Positions 61,762 through 64,000 of a stretch of 64,000 nt of DNA are shown piece after piece. Location: positions 1,550,001 through 1,614,000 of the forward strand of contig NC_089433.1 of the NCBI RefSeq assembly GCF_026210795.1. Direction: 5' to 3'. The notes beneath the pieces were generated by a model, which worked only from the letters and a program-made list of their open reading frames with translations, was not told the origin of the DNA and did not search any database. The position numbers and the translations under genes are program-made. Each line of letters begins with the position of its first letter. The first letter of the stretch is position 1. The stretch is from Rhizophagus irregularis. Its lineage: Eukaryota.

Positions 61762-64000
61762 GTTATAATATTAATATTAAATATCATACTTGTTAATAGA
61801 CTTATTAATATATATGTTATTAAATATGATATTTACATGACATGTTAAAAATTCCTATTAATATTATTTAAAAAGCATTATAAATTATAAAATACTACCA
61901 AAAAAATCACCACTGATAGCAAAGTTTATTATTTCACTATTGGTTTTATTTTTCATCGAAGCTAAATAATCTAATAAACTATATATTTTTATCAAAATAT
62001 CTAATAGCTTATCTGGAAAAATCTTTAATTTTCTTACTACTTCTTTATTAAAATATATTACCGTCTTTTCTATTATCTTTCAAGCTATAAAAAAAGAACT
62101 ATTGATTAAACAAGATGTCTTAAGAAATATAGTAAATAATGCCGTTAACTTAGTAACAAATACTTACTCTAATAATATATTAGCGTAAAATAAGCTTTTA
62201 ATAGTTTTCATGCAGGTTGGTTAATAAGTTTTATAAAAAATAGTATTTACTAATGGCATATAATGATTGATACACTTCTAATATTAGAGTTTTGAACTTG
62301 TAAAGGCTTTAGTTAATAACTGGAAGAATTATTTAAGAATCCTTTTTCGATTGGAGTATATCTGATATAGGATAGGAGATCAGCAGTATAGAAAATTTTA
62401 ATAAGGCATATATCTTACTTCTTGCAAATATCCTGTCACATATCTTTTGTATTTCTAAAGTTTCATTTTCCTGATGATATAGACTATTATGATGATAATG
62501 TTGAGGACCCTGGTATTTGAATGCAAGATACAATTTCTTATTATATCTATTGAGTTGCATTCCATTCAAAAAATTTGGCTTGCGTGATGGAAATTTTTTG
62601 CTTAGCAAATTTCAAAAATATATTAACATTGATGTTTACCACTTTACATAAACTTCGATATAGTAAGACATCATTCAAATTTTTTCATAATATATTTTAG
62701 TGGATATTTCTACTGATACGTACTATTTTTACAAGACTAAAGATACATATTATGATCATTTATCCGTCCAGTCCTTTTTAGACACTGACTACTACGTTTT
62801 CTGGTATAATCAATAACTTGATCTATCTCTTTATTAGTGATATAAGCAATATATATAAATAATATACTTTGGGTGAACATCTAACTTTTTTTGAATCATG
62901 AGTTTTTTTTGCACAAACCTATATGATGGAGCATATTCACTATCAAGATAATATAAAATTGGCTTATTCTTTATAACAACAACTTTTCAGATTTTATGAA
63001 GGTTTGGATTTCATATTGAATCAGTTACCTACCTTTGATTTTCCATACCCCTTTTCATTCCGCATTGGCAAGTAAGTAATAGGCAGTATTATCTTTCTTT
63101 AATGCTATTTCATTTTTTTTAACCAGGTGCTTTATATTTTATAGATATCTGAATTTAACTTGATCTACAGTGCAATTATTCTATAACCAACCCAATTTTA
63201 TAGTTATAATGCGACATTTTTCAAAGATGTACATTAGCAAAAAATAATATTTTAAAATTCTAACCAATAATTTTAATAAAGCATATCAAGAGCTTTTAAA
63301 CTTATCAGGTTAGATTAAAAAATAATAAATTTTGCTAATGTTATATAAGTTTGAAGTTCAGGTAATTTATTATGATGGGAAAAATTTGAGAATAAGTGAT
63401 TTTTGTGTAACATAAAAAAAACAATCATTTGATAATACTTATTTAAATAAATCATTTTAGTTTATAAACTTACCCATGCTTTATTAAAAAAATTTTGAAA
63501 AAAAATTTAAAAAAAATTTTGGTAGTTTTTATTTATTGCAAATTATATTATGTTTATTTCTCAAAAAAGAATTACAGGAAAACTTGCTAAAAAAAATATA
63601 AATCCTATAGAAAAGTTCCTGATGATATGCTTAATCAAATTACTTTAAATAATTATAATGAATAATAAATTATATATAAAAAATTATGCATAATTCTAAT
63701 TAACATTAAATATTGTATTAGCCAATCAAATGTATTTAAGTCATGTGATTTTGTATTATGTCAGCAAAAAAAAATTGAGAAAATTTTTTTATTTGCTTAA
63801 TGTATTTATCTTTTAAAAGCTATCTAATTTTAAAATTTTATAAAATTCTGATCATTGGGGAATTACAAGATATAATGATCTATTATGGGATGCCGCACTG
63901 TAATATAATGTCTTTCACTAGTTTGAGTTTCCATTTTTCTGATTCTGGTTTTCAAATAAGGCGTATGGGATAATTATTTAAATAATTAATAAGCTACGTC

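Noticed and set aside
62000..63120. Possible minus-strand gene remnant including ORF 62333-62608
   Set aside because: Coding-like but riddled with stops; I cannot assign a family

Overview
Very AT-rich eukaryotic DNA with short GT-AG introns; gene structure, composition and repeat families point to a fungus, probably arbuscular mycorrhizal (Glomeromycotina/Rhizophagus-like; inference only). There are three compartments. (1) 1-15 kb has no convincing gene but carries clustered transcription-factor-like motifs. (2) 15-29.9 kb is a compact gene block: a PAS+GATA transcription factor, an intron-containing tRNA-Lys(TTT), a CDK1-like kinase with a PPTSIRE helix, a malate dehydrogenase ending in SKL, a C-terminally extended Spc34-like DASH subunit and MUB1/SamB. 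(3) 30-64 kb is a nested transposon field of hAT, pogo/Tc1-mariner and Harbinger elements and MITEs, a full-length but inactivated APE-RT-RNase H LINE, and two copies of a ~1 kb structured tRNA-headed SINE-like element. The most striking feature is repeated reuse of the exact same target site. SINE-LINE-SINE are stacked with four copies of one 15-bp TSD, two truncated LINE ends are stacked with three copies of a 13-bp TSD, and two different hAT elements are stacked with three copies of an 8-bp TSD. All calls come from reading the sequence by eye; no database search was run.
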